64,000 bases of DNA from Candidatus Cloacimonadota bacterium (lineage in GTDB: Bacteria > Cloacimonadota > Cloacimonadia > JGIOTU-2): contig JBNGBT010000011.1 in assembly GCA_049903315.1 (NCBI GenBank), positions 30,914 through 94,913 of the forward strand. Direction: 5' to 3'. A program made the position numbers and the translations under genes. Position 1 is the stretch's first letter, and each line of letters opens with the position of its first letter. Below, piece by piece: positions 1 through 10,193 of the stretch. The notes beneath the pieces are model-generated. The model made no database searches and was not told where the DNA came from. It worked only from the letters and a program-made list of their open reading frames with translations.

Positions 1-863
1 ACCTCTGGCATTTCACATTCTTCGGGAAATTCAATATTTCCCAGAAGCTCTATCTTGATATTATCTTTTGTAAAAGTGGGAGTTTTTAGCAAGGCAATTT
101 TTTTCTTAAACTCCTCTTCTGCCTTCTTTTGAAATATCTCGTATTCGATCATTTGATTCTTATCGGGTTCAAGAATGACTCTGCCCTCTTTGCCGTATAC
201 AATAACAAAATCATCTTCTTTAAAAACTTTAAGTGCATTTTCAATATTAAAAACAACAGGAATGCCAATCGATTTTGCGATGATGGCAGAATGAGAATGC
301 GGAGAGCCCTTCTCCACAATCACAGCCAGAGGATGCGAATCCTTAATACTCAATACGAGTGAAGGAATAATCTCCGGTAAAACAACAACTTTATTCTCTT
401 TTACAAGATCATTAATACCTACATTCTGATGATGCATATTTCGGATAATACGCATTTTTATATCTTCAAAATCTTCTTTTCTCTGGCTCAGCACCACATC
501 ATTCATGTCCGACAGATGATCGATCATTTTATTAAAATATTCCTGAACAGCCCTATCTGCGGGTTTGAGTTCATCTTTGATAATAGCGGCTACATCCTCA
601 ATAAGTATAGTATCTTTAAGGATTTCTTGGTGCGACTGAAGAATTTCTCTTTCATCCTTGGCTCGTGTCTCAAGATAATTGAGTAAAAGGTCAATCTCAT
701 GTATTGAGAGTGCTACTGCATTTTTAAAACTCTTAATTTGATTCTCTATTTCAGATTGCTTGATATGTCCTTTTGAAACAGTAAATATATCACCTTCTAC
801 AAGAGTAATATTGCCGGCGATAATGCCCGGAGCAATAGAAATGCCAGTATATTCTTTCATCAT
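1..863 (-). CDS. ptsI: PEP-protein phosphotransferase (PTS enzyme I), runs off window start
   Basis: Not in ORF track. Hand translation from ATG at 863/860 gives MKEYTGISIAPGIIAG...EKGSPHSHSAIIAKSIGIP (EI phospho-His motif). Start overlaps the HPr stop. Confidence 0.9.
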   Translation of the reverse strand, partial: MMKEYTGISIAPGIIAGNITLVEGDIFTVSKGHIKQSEIENQIKSFKNAVALSIHEIDLLLNYLETRAKDEREILQSHQEILKDTILIEDVAAIIKDELKPADRAVQEYFNKMIDHLSDMNDVVLSQRKEDFEDIKMRIIRNMHHQNVGINDLVKENKVVVLPEIIPSLVLSIKDSHPLAVIVEKGSPHSHSAIIAKSIGIPVVFNIENALKVFKEDDFVIVYGKEGRVILEPDKNQMIEYEIFQKKAEEEFKKKIALLKTPTFTKDNIKIELLGNIEFPEECEMPE

Positions 864-1126
864 TCTTCTCCAAATTTATCCGTAAAAAGCGCTACGATTT
901 CTTCCATCATTTCCTGCTCATCAACTCCATCAAAGACCATTTCCAGTTCAGTGCCGAGACCAGCTCCCAGCATCATGATACCCATGACGCTTTTGCCATT
1001 GATCTCCATGTCATCCTTTCGAATCAGAAAATTGGATTTATATTTGGAAGCTGTTTTGGAGATCAGCGAAGCTGGACGTACATGTATGCCAAGTTTATTT
1101 ATGAGCGTTACTTTCGTTGTGATCAT
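860..1126 (-). CDS. ptsH: Phosphocarrier protein HPr
   Basis: 88 aa with GIHVRPA (His15) and NGKSVMG (Ser46). Confidence 0.97.
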   Translation of the reverse strand: MITTKVTLINKLGIHVRPASLISKTASKYKSNFLIRKDDMEINGKSVMGIMMLGAGLGTELEMVFDGVDEQEMMEEIVALFTDKFGEE

Positions 1127-2095
1127 TTATTCCTTATCAGTTTCAAGATAGGTCCTGATTTTGTTTTTGCGCTCGATCTCTTTTTGAACTCTATCATTAA
1201 ATACCTCAGCAGCATTATGCCCATACACCTTCAGCATGTGGTTCATAGCGATAACTTCAACGATAGCTGCAATGCTCTTGCCGGGTGAAACAGGCAGGTA
1301 TATGATTGGAATTTCTATATCAAGAATTCTATTGAAACGCTCCTTTAAGCCAATTCTCTCATAGTCCATATTATGGCGCCATGGAATAAGCTCGACCTGG
1401 GTTTCAATACGTTTTTGCATTCTTATTGAACGGATTCCGAACATAGTTTCTATATCAAGCAGTCCTATACCCCGTATCTCCATGAAATGTCCAAGCTGCT
1501 GATTCGCCTCTCCCATAATAATATCCATGCGTTTTTTTATACGCACAACATCATCAGAAATAAGACGGTGACCTCGTGATACCAATTCCAAAGCACACTC
1601 GCTTTTCCCGATACCACTCTGACCTGTAACGAGAATACCAACCCCAAACACATCAACAAGTGTTCCATGAATAGATTTGGAGGGTGCAAACCAATCCTGG
1701 AGAAAGTTTGACAATCCATGATAAAGCGCAACCGTTGCCAAGCGTGACTGTATTACTGGAATGTTATGTTCATCAGCGAGGAATACAAGCTCTTTTGTTG
1801 GAAATAGTCCTTTGGCGATTACAAAGCATGGAATATCAAATTGGGAGAATAGTATTTTTATCTTATCATATCTCATGGATGGTTCGAGCGATTTCAAATA
1901 TTGAACTTCGGTTTCACCAAGCACCTGAATCCTGTCATAAGCATAGGTGTCTGTGAATCCTGCAAAAGCAAGTCCCGGGCGTGAAAGTTCAGGAGTGGTA
2001 ATTTCCTTGGATAATCCCTTTTTCTTTGAAAGAAGGGTAAAAGCAAGATCCTTCTGTTTTAGATTGAACAGCATTTCGACAGTTAATGCTTTCAT
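1127..2095 (-). CDS. hprK: HPr kinase/phosphorylase
   Basis: RPGLAFAG, Walker A GQSGIGKSECALEL, HRLISDD, MEIRGIG. Confidence 0.97.
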   Translation of the reverse strand: MKALTVEMLFNLKQKDLAFTLLSKKKGLSKEITTPELSRPGLAFAGFTDTYAYDRIQVLGETEVQYLKSLEPSMRYDKIKILFSQFDIPCFVIAKGLFPTKELVFLADEHNIPVIQSRLATVALYHGLSNFLQDWFAPSKSIHGTLVDVFGVGILVTGQSGIGKSECALELVSRGHRLISDDVVRIKKRMDIIMGEANQQLGHFMEIRGIGLLDIETMFGIRSIRMQKRIETQVELIPWRHNMDYERIGLKERFNRILDIEIPIIYLPVSPGKSIAAIVEVIAMNHMLKVYGHNAAEVFNDRVQKEIERKNKIRTYLETDKE

Positions 2096-2106
2096 TATAA
2101 CCTCAT

Positions 2107-2616
2107 TTATTGAATTTCAATGACCTCGTAGCCATCATCCATTTTTTTTATCATTGCATATTTATCAGTTTCTATGTTTCTAAAAAGAAAGAAACCATTA
2201 TCCCTTTTATTGAACTCGTCAATCGCCCTATCGAGGTCAAGTTCTACAGGTTTTATTGTTTTTTTCACAATATTCAAAACTGAAATTTCAGCTTTTTCAA
2301 GTTCCTTGAGTGCAACTTTATCGTTTGAGTGATGCCGCTTCATCTTTCCAACCTGTTTCTTTATCTGCCGCTCGATCTTTCTGATGACACTATCGATGGC
2401 AGTATACATATCCTGTTCGCGAGCCTTAGCAACTAAGTTAATTTTTTTAACACTTAGATTTAATTCAGCAATATTCCTATTCTTCTCAACGCGTAATATC
2501 ATCTCTGCGACGATAATATGATCGAAATATTTTTTAAGACCTCTCATTGCGCTATCCGCATAATCCTTAATTGGATCAGTTAACTCGAAATGACGGGCGG
2601 TAATTGTGATTTGCAT
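2107..2616 (-). CDS. hpf: Ribosome hibernation promoting factor (long HPF type)
   Basis: MQITITARHFELT...DMYTAID plus a C-terminal FFLFRN-type extension. Confidence 0.9.
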   Translation of the reverse strand: MQITITARHFELTDPIKDYADSAMRGLKKYFDHIIVAEMILRVEKNRNIAELNLSVKKINLVAKAREQDMYTAIDSVIRKIERQIKKQVGKMKRHHSNDKVALKELEKAEISVLNIVKKTIKPVELDLDRAIDEFNKRDNGFFLFRNIETDKYAMIKKMDDGYEVIEIQ

Positions 2617-2632
2617 AGTTACATACCTCGCT

Positions 2633-3508
2633 TTATTTTTTTTGTAGAATGGTTGCTAAATCTGTGGAATAATAGGAACTTCTCACAAGCGGTCCAGATT
2701 CGATGTAGAGAAATCCCATTTTCATTCCTTTTTCTTGATACACTTCAAAAATTTTCGGATGAATATACTCGTGTACAGGATAATGCTTGGTTGTTGCCTG
2801 GAGATATTGTCCGATAGTCATCATATCTACTCCGGCACTTCTGGCATCTCTCATCACCTGCTGTACTTCATCCTGTGATTCTCCCAAACCGACCATAATG
2901 CCGGTTTTTGTAATGACCTTTGAATCCTGCATTTTCACTCTTTTTAGAACAGAAAGTGAGCGTTCATAATCTGCTTGAGGTCTGATGGCTGAGTATAATC
3001 GTTTGATGGTTTCCAAATTGTGATTGAAAATCGTTGGTTTTTCGTTTACAATACAATCAATTGCTCTATCATTACCTTTGAAATCCGGAGTGAGCACTTC
3101 TATAAATACCTCCTCACCAAGTAATGCTCGAATCTCCTTTATGGTTTTTAGAAAATGTTCTGCACCTCCGTCATTAAGATCATCACGGGTGACAGAGGTT
3201 ATAATGACATGTTTTAGTCCGAGTTTTTGAGACATTTCAGCTACTCTTCTTGGCTCATCCGTATCGAGCGGCAAGGGTTGAGCAGTTGTGGGAATTGCAC
3301 AAAATCTGCAGTTGCGGGTGCATTTATCTCCCATAATAAGGAAAACTGCTGATCCCTTTTCAAAACACTCTCCTCTATTCGGACAGCGAGCGCTTTCGCA
3401 CACCGTATGAAGTTCGTACTTTGCGAGTATTTTTGTGAGATTCGCAGTATTTGATGCACCAAGCATCTCTGCTCTCAACCAAGAAGGTTTTCTTAAAGAT
3501 TTATTCAT
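2633..3508 (-). CDS. lipA: Lipoyl synthase
   Basis: CESARCPNRGEC, CTRNCRFC and C-terminal RSSY. Confidence 0.97.
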   Translation of the reverse strand: MNKSLRKPSWLRAEMLGASNTANLTKILAKYELHTVCESARCPNRGECFEKGSAVFLIMGDKCTRNCRFCAIPTTAQPLPLDTDEPRRVAEMSQKLGLKHVIITSVTRDDLNDGGAEHFLKTIKEIRALLGEEVFIEVLTPDFKGNDRAIDCIVNEKPTIFNHNLETIKRLYSAIRPQADYERSLSVLKRVKMQDSKVITKTGIMVGLGESQDEVQQVMRDARSAGVDMMTIGQYLQATTKHYPVHEYIHPKIFEVYQEKGMKMGFLYIESGPLVRSSYYSTDLATILQKK

Positions 3509-3554
3509 GTAATTTATTATTATAAATATTTATTGGAAATTGTAAAAGGCAAAC

Positions 3555-4301
3555 TTAATTAAAATCATATTTCAAAAACCTTTCACCTAAATATATTTTC
3601 CGGGCTTGAGGATCATTGACCAATTCCCGGGATGTGCCCGAAAGAAGGACTCTGCCTTCATAGATAATATATGCTCTATCAGTAATTTGTAAAGTGTCCA
3701 CAACATTATGATCAGTAATCAGAATTCCTATGTTCTTTTTCTGCAATTTTCTGATAATATCCTGTATATCAGAAACTGCGAGCGGATCAACACCAGAGAA
3801 GGGTTCATCAAGAAAGAGAAATTTCGGTTTGGTTATTAGGGAACGAGTTATCTCCAGTTTACGCCGTTCCCCACCTGATAATGAATATGCTTTCTGGTTT
3901 GATAATTTTGTAAGATCGAGCTCATCGAGTGCTTCTTTCAGAATGGTTTGTCTTTCTTTCTTCGTATAGTTCTGCGTTTCCAGAATTGCCATCACATTCT
4001 GCTTCACGGTCAGTTTGCTGAACACAGAAGGTTCCTGTGAAAGATAGCTGACTCCCATCCGTGCTCGTTTGTACATCGGCATTTTGGTGATATCAACATC
4101 ATCAATAAAAACATGCCCATCATTTGCTTTGATGAGTCCAATCATCATATGAAAGGTTGTTGTTTTCCCTGCGCCGTTCGGTCCAAGAAGTCCAACGATC
4201 TCCCCCTGTCTAACTTCGATTGAAACTTGCTTAACAACCTTCTTCTTTCCATAGATCTTCACCAGATCCTGGGTGCGAATGATACTTTCCTTTTGTTCCA
4301 T
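3555..4301 (-). CDS. lptB: LPS export ABC ATPase
   Basis: GPNGAGKTT, LSGGERR, DEPFSGVDP, ITDHNV; sits in lptC/lptA context. Confidence 0.95.
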   Translation of the reverse strand: MEQKESIIRTQDLVKIYGKKKVVKQVSIEVRQGEIVGLLGPNGAGKTTTFHMMIGLIKANDGHVFIDDVDITKMPMYKRARMGVSYLSQEPSVFSKLTVKQNVMAILETQNYTKKERQTILKEALDELDLTKLSNQKAYSLSGGERRKLEITRSLITKPKFLFLDEPFSGVDPLAVSDIQDIIRKLQKKNIGILITDHNVVDTLQITDRAYIIYEGRVLLSGTSRELVNDPQARKIYLGERFLKYDFN

Positions 4302-4302
4302 A

Positions 4303-5400
4303 TTATTTCTCTAAAATCTGTTTTGAGCTTGAAAATGTATATGTCCCTTTTATGTCATCTTCAGCTATTATCGTTTGGATATTTTCTTCTTCATCGAAAA
4401 ATACTTCGAGTCGCAAAGTTGCTAATTTATTCTCAAGAATGTCCTCACCATCCCTTTGTTCAAAGAAGCTTCGCGATACATTTTGAGCCTGCATATATGC
4501 CAGCTTGTCATTATTGATCTCCATTCTCACTTTACCTGCATAGAGATAATTCTCTTTGCCGATACTGTCTTCTTCTTTGAAATGAATAACTGCATCTTTC
4601 ACGAGGAGAAGCTGGCTGATTTTCTCATCTGTGAAAAATACCTGGAATTCTTCGGCGGTAGCTGTCGAAAGGGAGCTTTTAAATTGCGGATTGCCAAGCA
4701 TGACGGCTTTTTCTTCATCATTGAAATAGATAAGGAAATTGGATGTTGCCTGTGTGTCTTCTGTTTCTACTTTCACGTCATAAGTCGCAGTGAACTTCTT
4801 CTCTTTTGCAAATAGTTCCATCTGCTTACTGTATATTTTCAGTTCATTATCTCGCTGAAAGGTGAGTACTGGATTTTCCCGTGCTTGTCCGTAATCGGTA
4901 TCCATATCGTATCGGAATTTCCCGCAAGTGCACACGACCTGTTCAATAAAATCTGTAGCAACAATATTATTCAGGGCGTGTACTTTTTTATTTTCTTTTT
5001 GATACTCAATGAAATCTGCAGTGACTTTTTTCAGGAGTGTATCCTGAGAATTTTCGATAAAATATGCGTCTTCATCGAGCTTGAGAATGGCATCTTTATG
5101 AAAATAGGTTGCTTTTTGAGCTCCAGCTTCCAGCGTATCATCAATTGCATGAACATTTCCAAACAACTTAACTTTTCTATCTTTCTGAAAGATCTGTGCA
5201 TTATCTGCAAAAAATTCTATTTCGTTGTAGATCAAATCTACATCACCTTTTAAAGTGGTTATCGTATCGTTCTCAATGACATCTATCTTCACAAGATTTG
5301 CATTTTTGAGGATATAGTGATTTTTCCCCTTTGCCATCAATGGCAGCGAGAGCAATAAAACAAGAATTGCAACGACACTACCAAAGCACTTCAGATTCAT
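4303..5400 (-). CDS. LptA/OstA-like beta-jellyroll protein (extended)
   Basis: Signal peptide, repeated GxV/A beta-strand pattern, position between lptC and lptB. Confidence 0.75.
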   Translation of the reverse strand: MNLKCFGSVVAILVLLLSLPLMAKGKNHYILKNANLVKIDVIENDTITTLKGDVDLIYNEIEFFADNAQIFQKDRKVKLFGNVHAIDDTLEAGAQKATYFHKDAILKLDEDAYFIENSQDTLLKKVTADFIEYQKENKKVHALNNIVATDFIEQVVCTCGKFRYDMDTDYGQARENPVLTFQRDNELKIYSKQMELFAKEKKFTATYDVKVETEDTQATSNFLIYFNDEEKAVMLGNPQFKSSLSTATAEEFQVFFTDEKISQLLLVKDAVIHFKEEDSIGKENYLYAGKVRMEINNDKLAYMQAQNVSRSFFEQRDGEDILENKLATLRLEVFFDEEENIQTIIAEDDIKGTYTFSSSKQILEK

Positions 5401-5917
5401 CCACCTCTCCTTCTGCTGTTGCCCTGTGCAGCGTCACATGTTCAAAACGGGAATCACTATTAAAGCTGGTTCCTTGTATTACATTGCCTTGATGCATCAC
5501 TTTGACTGAATCCTCAGAAAATATCTCATCTTTCTTTCTGTCCCAGGTTATTGTTTCTCCAAAAATATCTCCTTCCTGAGAATAAATTTCAATATTGCCT
5601 TGAGCATACACAGTTTGCATTTCATCATTCACTATGGCACTGTCAGCAAAGATCGTCGATGCAAGAGTTCCATCTTTATTCATGAGTTTGAGTTCGATAT
5701 CGCTGAAGTACATAAGATTATCTTTGGGAAATTTCTTCAATCTGTCGGCATATAATTCCCAAAGGGTTATATCTTTTGATGAACTATATACGGTAATTGA
5801 ATCTGTGATCTCGACAGTCTGCTTCCCCATATCCTTGAATGTGACAGGACCTTTACTGTCCGAACAAGCGGACAGAAATAACATAACAAGTACTATTATC
5901 AGATAAATTTTATTCAT
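5378..5917 (-). CDS. lptC: LPS export periplasmic protein LptC (lipoprotein)
   Basis: LSAC lipobox, ADSA...AQGNI...ITWD pattern, synteny. Confidence 0.8.
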   Translation of the reverse strand: MNKIYLIIVLVMLFLSACSDSKGPVTFKDMGKQTVEITDSITVYSSSKDITLWELYADRLKKFPKDNLMYFSDIELKLMNKDGTLASTIFADSAIVNDEMQTVYAQGNIEIYSQEGDIFGETITWDRKKDEIFSEDSVKVMHQGNVIQGTSFNSDSRFEHVTLHRATAEGEVDESEVLW

Positions 5918-6428
5918 GTTTTTGCAAATATGCTAAAAAAGATTTTACTGCTTTATCGAAGATATTTTCCTTCTTTAATATCCATTCAATGGCTTCACGA
6001 ACTGCTCCGGCACCGCCATGATTTTCTGTCACGTATGCACACACATCTTTGATTTCTTGTGATGCTGCAGGAACAGTGACCGCACATCCGACTTTCTCGA
6101 GCACGGGCATATCATTCCAATCATCACCCATAAAGATAACTTCTTTGAAGGTGACATCGAATTGCTTCAGGATATTTTCAACGGTTGAGAGTTTATCACG
6201 AATTCCAAGATACACATGTGGAATATTCAGACCTTTCATGCGGTGTTTAACTATCTCGGTATCTTTCCCGCTCACGACTATCGGCACTATTGATGTCTGT
6301 TGCAAAAGCCGGATTCCAAGACCATCGCGTACGTTGAATTTTCGCGCTGCTTCCCCTGAACCAAGATAATACATTCCTCCATCTGTAAATACTCCGTCGA
6401 CGTCAAAAATAAATAATTTATATCTCAT
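5910..6428 (-). CDS. kdsC: Kdo 8-phosphate phosphatase (HAD)
   Basis: DVDGVFTDG, FNVRDG, GDDWND, GGAGAVRE. Confidence 0.92.
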   Translation of the reverse strand: MRYKLFIFDVDGVFTDGGMYYLGSGEAARKFNVRDGLGIRLLQQTSIVPIVVSGKDTEIVKHRMKGLNIPHVYLGIRDKLSTVENILKQFDVTFKEVIFMGDDWNDMPVLEKVGCAVTVPAASQEIKDVCAYVTENHGGAGAVREAIEWILKKENIFDKAVKSFLAYLQKHE

Positions 6429-6507
6429 GTAGCTCCAATGTAAATTTATGAAATAATGAAAAAAAAAGCAACTTTTTTATTTTCGGATAGTAATTTTCAA
6501 ATATGGC

Positions 6508-7290
6508 TTAAGATAAATCTAACAATTTTCGTATTTTTTCTAATACCCTTTCTAATTCTTTTAATGGAAGCATCGAGCGTGCATCGCTCTTTGCTCTAGA
6601 TGGTTCGGGATGTGTTTCGATGAACAATCCAGACAAATGCCCGGTTGCAACTGCTGCAGAAGTCATGGTCATGACAAATTCCGGACTGCCCCCTGAAGTC
6701 TCATCTATTGAAGGTCGCTGAAGACTGTGCGTCACATCATATATGACCGGAATACCCCACGAATCGAGCAGCTTGAAATTGCGGAAATCAACGACCAGGT
6801 CGTTATAGCCGAAAAATGTCCCCCGCTCTGTGATAAATACTTCTGATGCCCCTGCGTTCACAGCTTTGTCATAGGCATGTTTTGCACCTTTTGCAGACAT
6901 GAATTGGGCTTTTTTAATATTGATGCTCTTACCGGTTTGTGCAGCTTCTTCTATGAGTTCTGTCTGGCGCGAGAGGAATGCAGGGATTTGAAGAATATCT
7001 ACAACTTCGGCTGTGGGCTGAACATCCTTTGTTTCGTGAATATCAGTCAAGACCGGTACAGCGAATTTCTTTTTGATCTCTGCCAGGATTTCAAGCCCCT
7101 TATCTAATCCAACACCTCGAAACGAGTTTGACGCAGTACGGTTCGCTTTTTTGTATGAAGCTTTGAAAATATACGGAAAATCATATTTTTCACATAATGA
7201 CTTGCAGGTTTCTGCAATAAGGAAGCAATCTTCTCTTGTCTCGATCGCACATGGACCGGCAATTATTGTAAAACTCTTTTTATTTTTCAT
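6508..7290 (-). CDS. kdsA: Kdo 8-phosphate synthase
   Basis: IAGPC, KANRT, QIPAFLSRQT, DVTHS. Confidence 0.96.
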   Translation of the reverse strand: MKNKKSFTIIAGPCAIETREDCFLIAETCKSLCEKYDFPYIFKASYKKANRTASNSFRGVGLDKGLEILAEIKKKFAVPVLTDIHETKDVQPTAEVVDILQIPAFLSRQTELIEEAAQTGKSINIKKAQFMSAKGAKHAYDKAVNAGASEVFITERGTFFGYNDLVVDFRNFKLLDSWGIPVIYDVTHSLQRPSIDETSGGSPEFVMTMTSAAVATGHLSGLFIETHPEPSRAKSDARSMLPLKELERVLEKIRKLLDLS

Positions 7291-8933
7291 GATTCTGATG
7301 TTTTTTGTTTTGCATTATACGCTAGTGCTGCTTTGATAAAATTATGAAAGATCGGGTGAGAATGTTCCAATCGCGATTTAAATTCCGGATGGAACTGCAC
7401 CCCGATAAAAAATGGATGATCTGGAATTTCTACTATCTCCACCAGTTTATTATCCGGTGAAATACCCGAGATCATCATACCTTTTTCCTCGAATTTTTCT
7501 CTATATTCATTATTGAATTCATACCTGTGTCTATGTCGTTCGGAGATTTTATCTGTGTCATAAATTGAATAAGCGAGAGAATCTTCCTTCAACACACAAG
7601 GATACGCACCAAGCCGCATTGTGCCCCCCATATCTTCAATGTCCTTTTGCTCCGGCATCAGATCGATAACAGGATGCGTGGTTTCAGGATCGAATTCTGC
7701 ACTATGCGCATCTTCAAATCCAAGAGCTGATCGGGCAAATTCTATCACAGCACACTGCATACCAAGGCAGATACCAAAGAATGGAATCTTATGTTTACGG
7801 GCATAATTCACTATCTCGATCTTGCCTTCTATGCCGCGCACTCCAAAGCCGCCGGGAATTAGTATTCCATCGACATCTTCAAGAATATTCTGAAGTTCCT
7901 CGTCATCTACAACTTTATCCTTTGGAAAGAGTTTATCGGTGTCAACACTTTTAATAATAACTCTTGTAGAAAAATCTACCCCTGCATGCACGAGGCTCTC
8001 AACAATGCTTTTATATGCATCCTGATGACGAACATATTTACCACACAATGCGATAGTTATCGTCCTACTGGGCTCGGTAAATTTTGCAATATATCCTTTG
8101 AGTTTATCAAAACTAATATCGGTTGTTGGGATATCAAAATAATCGCATATGATATTGTGCACACCCTGTTCATAATACAAGATTGGAATATCATAGATGC
8201 ATGAAGTATCACGTCCTTCGATCACATTTTCATCAAATACATTTGTAAACAGAGATATTTTTTTGATCATCTCTCTTGTAAGCCGAGTGCTGGTTCTGCA
8301 GATGAGCATATCCGGCTGGATCCCTATCTCCCGAAGTTTTATCACACTGTGCTGCGTGGGTTTTGTTTTGGATTCACCTGCCACAGAAATGTATGGTACA
8401 AGTGTTAAATGAATAAAGAAACAATGCTTTGCACCATAGGTCAGTCGGAACTGCCGGATTGTTTCAATGAATGGCAAACTCTCAATATCACCAATAGTGC
8501 CGCCAATTTCTGTAATCACAATATCTGCCTTGTTGTCCAAACTGGTAATACGACGTTTTATTTCATTGGTAATATGAGGAATGACCTGCACGGTTTTCCC
8601 TAGATACACACCCCTTCTTTCGTTCTGTATAATCGTATCATAGACCTGTCCTGCAGTATGATTACTCATCCGGTTCAATGAAATATCAAGAAATCTTTCG
8701 TAATGACCAAGATCAAGATCGGTTTCTGCGCCGTCATCAGTGACAAAAACTTCACCGTGCTGGAATGGACTCATCGTGCCGGGATCAACATTCAAATAAG
8801 GATCTAATTTTTGGATGGTAACTTCGTACCCGAGTTTTTTTAATAGGAAACCAATCGATGCGGAAGCGATCCCCTTTCCCAGTGACGACACCACTCCTCC
8901 CGTGATGAAGATGTGTTTCGTCTTTATTTTCAT
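7287..8933 (-). CDS. pyrG: CTP synthase
   Basis: GGVVSSLGKG, GICLGMQ, QFHPEF. Confidence 0.98.
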   Translation of the reverse strand: MKIKTKHIFITGGVVSSLGKGIASASIGFLLKKLGYEVTIQKLDPYLNVDPGTMSPFQHGEVFVTDDGAETDLDLGHYERFLDISLNRMSNHTAGQVYDTIIQNERRGVYLGKTVQVIPHITNEIKRRITSLDNKADIVITEIGGTIGDIESLPFIETIRQFRLTYGAKHCFFIHLTLVPYISVAGESKTKPTQHSVIKLREIGIQPDMLICRTSTRLTREMIKKISLFTNVFDENVIEGRDTSCIYDIPILYYEQGVHNIICDYFDIPTTDISFDKLKGYIAKFTEPSRTITIALCGKYVRHQDAYKSIVESLVHAGVDFSTRVIIKSVDTDKLFPKDKVVDDEELQNILEDVDGILIPGGFGVRGIEGKIEIVNYARKHKIPFFGICLGMQCAVIEFARSALGFEDAHSAEFDPETTHPVIDLMPEQKDIEDMGGTMRLGAYPCVLKEDSLAYSIYDTDKISERHRHRYEFNNEYREKFEEKGMMISGISPDNKLVEIVEIPDHPFFIGVQFHPEFKSRLEHSHPIFHNFIKAALAYNAKQKTSES

Positions 8934-9030
8934 TTGCGTGTAAATACCATTGTGAAAATTTCTTTTGTCAAGAGGATTATAAATTTTTATTACATTTCTT
9001 TAAATTCAAAATTTTCAGAGGATTTTCAGC

Positions 9031-9960
9031 TTAATCTTCATCATATAATGAAATCAGTTCACAAGCTATTCTGCTTCCGATCGTTGCGTTATTTTTCACC
9101 AATTCAATATTCGATGCTAAACTTTTCCCATCTGTAATTTCCTTAATAGCATCGAGCAAAAACGGTGTGATTTTTTTGCCAGTGATGTTCATTTTTTTAG
9201 CTTGCATGAGTGCTTTTTCAATTGCATTATTGATGAGATCACTGTCCATTTCAAACTGTTCGGGGATTGGATTTGCAATGACCACTCCTCCTTTGAGACC
9301 AAGCTCCCATTTTGCTTTTAGCAATTCTGCAATTTCTCTTGGAGTTTCTAGTCCGAAATCGACTTTGAAGCCACTTGTACGTGTATAGAATGCAGGCATA
9401 TCATCCGTCTGGAATCCGATAACTGGCACGCCATGTGTTTCAAGATATTCAAGAGTAAGACCTATATCGAGAATTGCTTTGGGTCCTGCACACACTACAG
9501 CTACATTGGTCTTTGTCAGTTCTTGCAGATCAGCAGAAATATCGAAAGTTTCCGATGCGCCCCGATGCACTCCGCCGATCCCGCCTGTGACAAATACTTT
9601 AATTCCTGAAAGCTGGGAGATGATCATCGTTGCGGCAACGGTTGTAGCCCCATGTAACTTTTGTGAGATTACAAAAGGAATATCTCTTCGAGATACTTTT
9701 TGGATATCCTTGCTTTTTGCCAGAAATTCAAGCTCATAATCTGACAAACCAACCTTCATTATTCCTTTGAGTATTGCAATAGTGGCAGGCACTGCACCGT
9801 TATCGCGAACAACCTGTTCGACCTCTTTTGCAGTTTGGACATTTTCAGGATACGGCATGCCGTGCGAAATGATCGTCGACTCGAGTGCAACAACAGGTTT
9901 CCCAAGATTTAATGCTTCCCGAACTTCAGGGGAGATTTCAAGATAGTTATTCTTCATCAT
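9031..9960 (-). CDS. psuG: Pseudouridine-5'-phosphate glycosidase
   Basis: VALESTIISHGMPYP, TGGIGGVHRG, DISADL. Confidence 0.95.
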   Translation of the reverse strand: MMKNNYLEISPEVREALNLGKPVVALESTIISHGMPYPENVQTAKEVEQVVRDNGAVPATIAILKGIMKVGLSDYELEFLAKSKDIQKVSRRDIPFVISQKLHGATTVAATMIISQLSGIKVFVTGGIGGVHRGASETFDISADLQELTKTNVAVVCAGPKAILDIGLTLEYLETHGVPVIGFQTDDMPAFYTRTSGFKVDFGLETPREIAELLKAKWELGLKGGVVIANPIPEQFEMDSDLINNAIEKALMQAKKMNITGKKITPFLLDAIKEITDGKSLASNIELVKNNATIGSRIACELISLYDED

Positions 9961-10069
9961 TCTCTTTCAATTTTACTTTTGATGACAATCATATTATGAG
10001 TAAAATATGTCAAAATTTATAGCTTATAGACAAAATTGTTGGGTATCATTTCCAGACGTAAATATTTTA

Positions 10070-10099
10070 GTAGAGCCGTCGGGGACCACTCCCCGACGG
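10070..10099. repeat. REP-like hairpin, family A (GTAG + CCGTCGGGGA-CCAC-TCCCCGACGG)
   Basis: Perfect 10-bp arms at 10076-10085 and 10090-10099, preceded by GTAG at 10070. Related to copies at 46384 and 50538. Confidence 0.75.
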
Positions 10100-10193
10100 A
10101 CACCATTCTCATAAATTTTACAAATAAATTGCATTAAAATTCCATCCCTGCGTTTATTGAATGTAATCATGTTATCTAGAATCAGGAGTTCTC

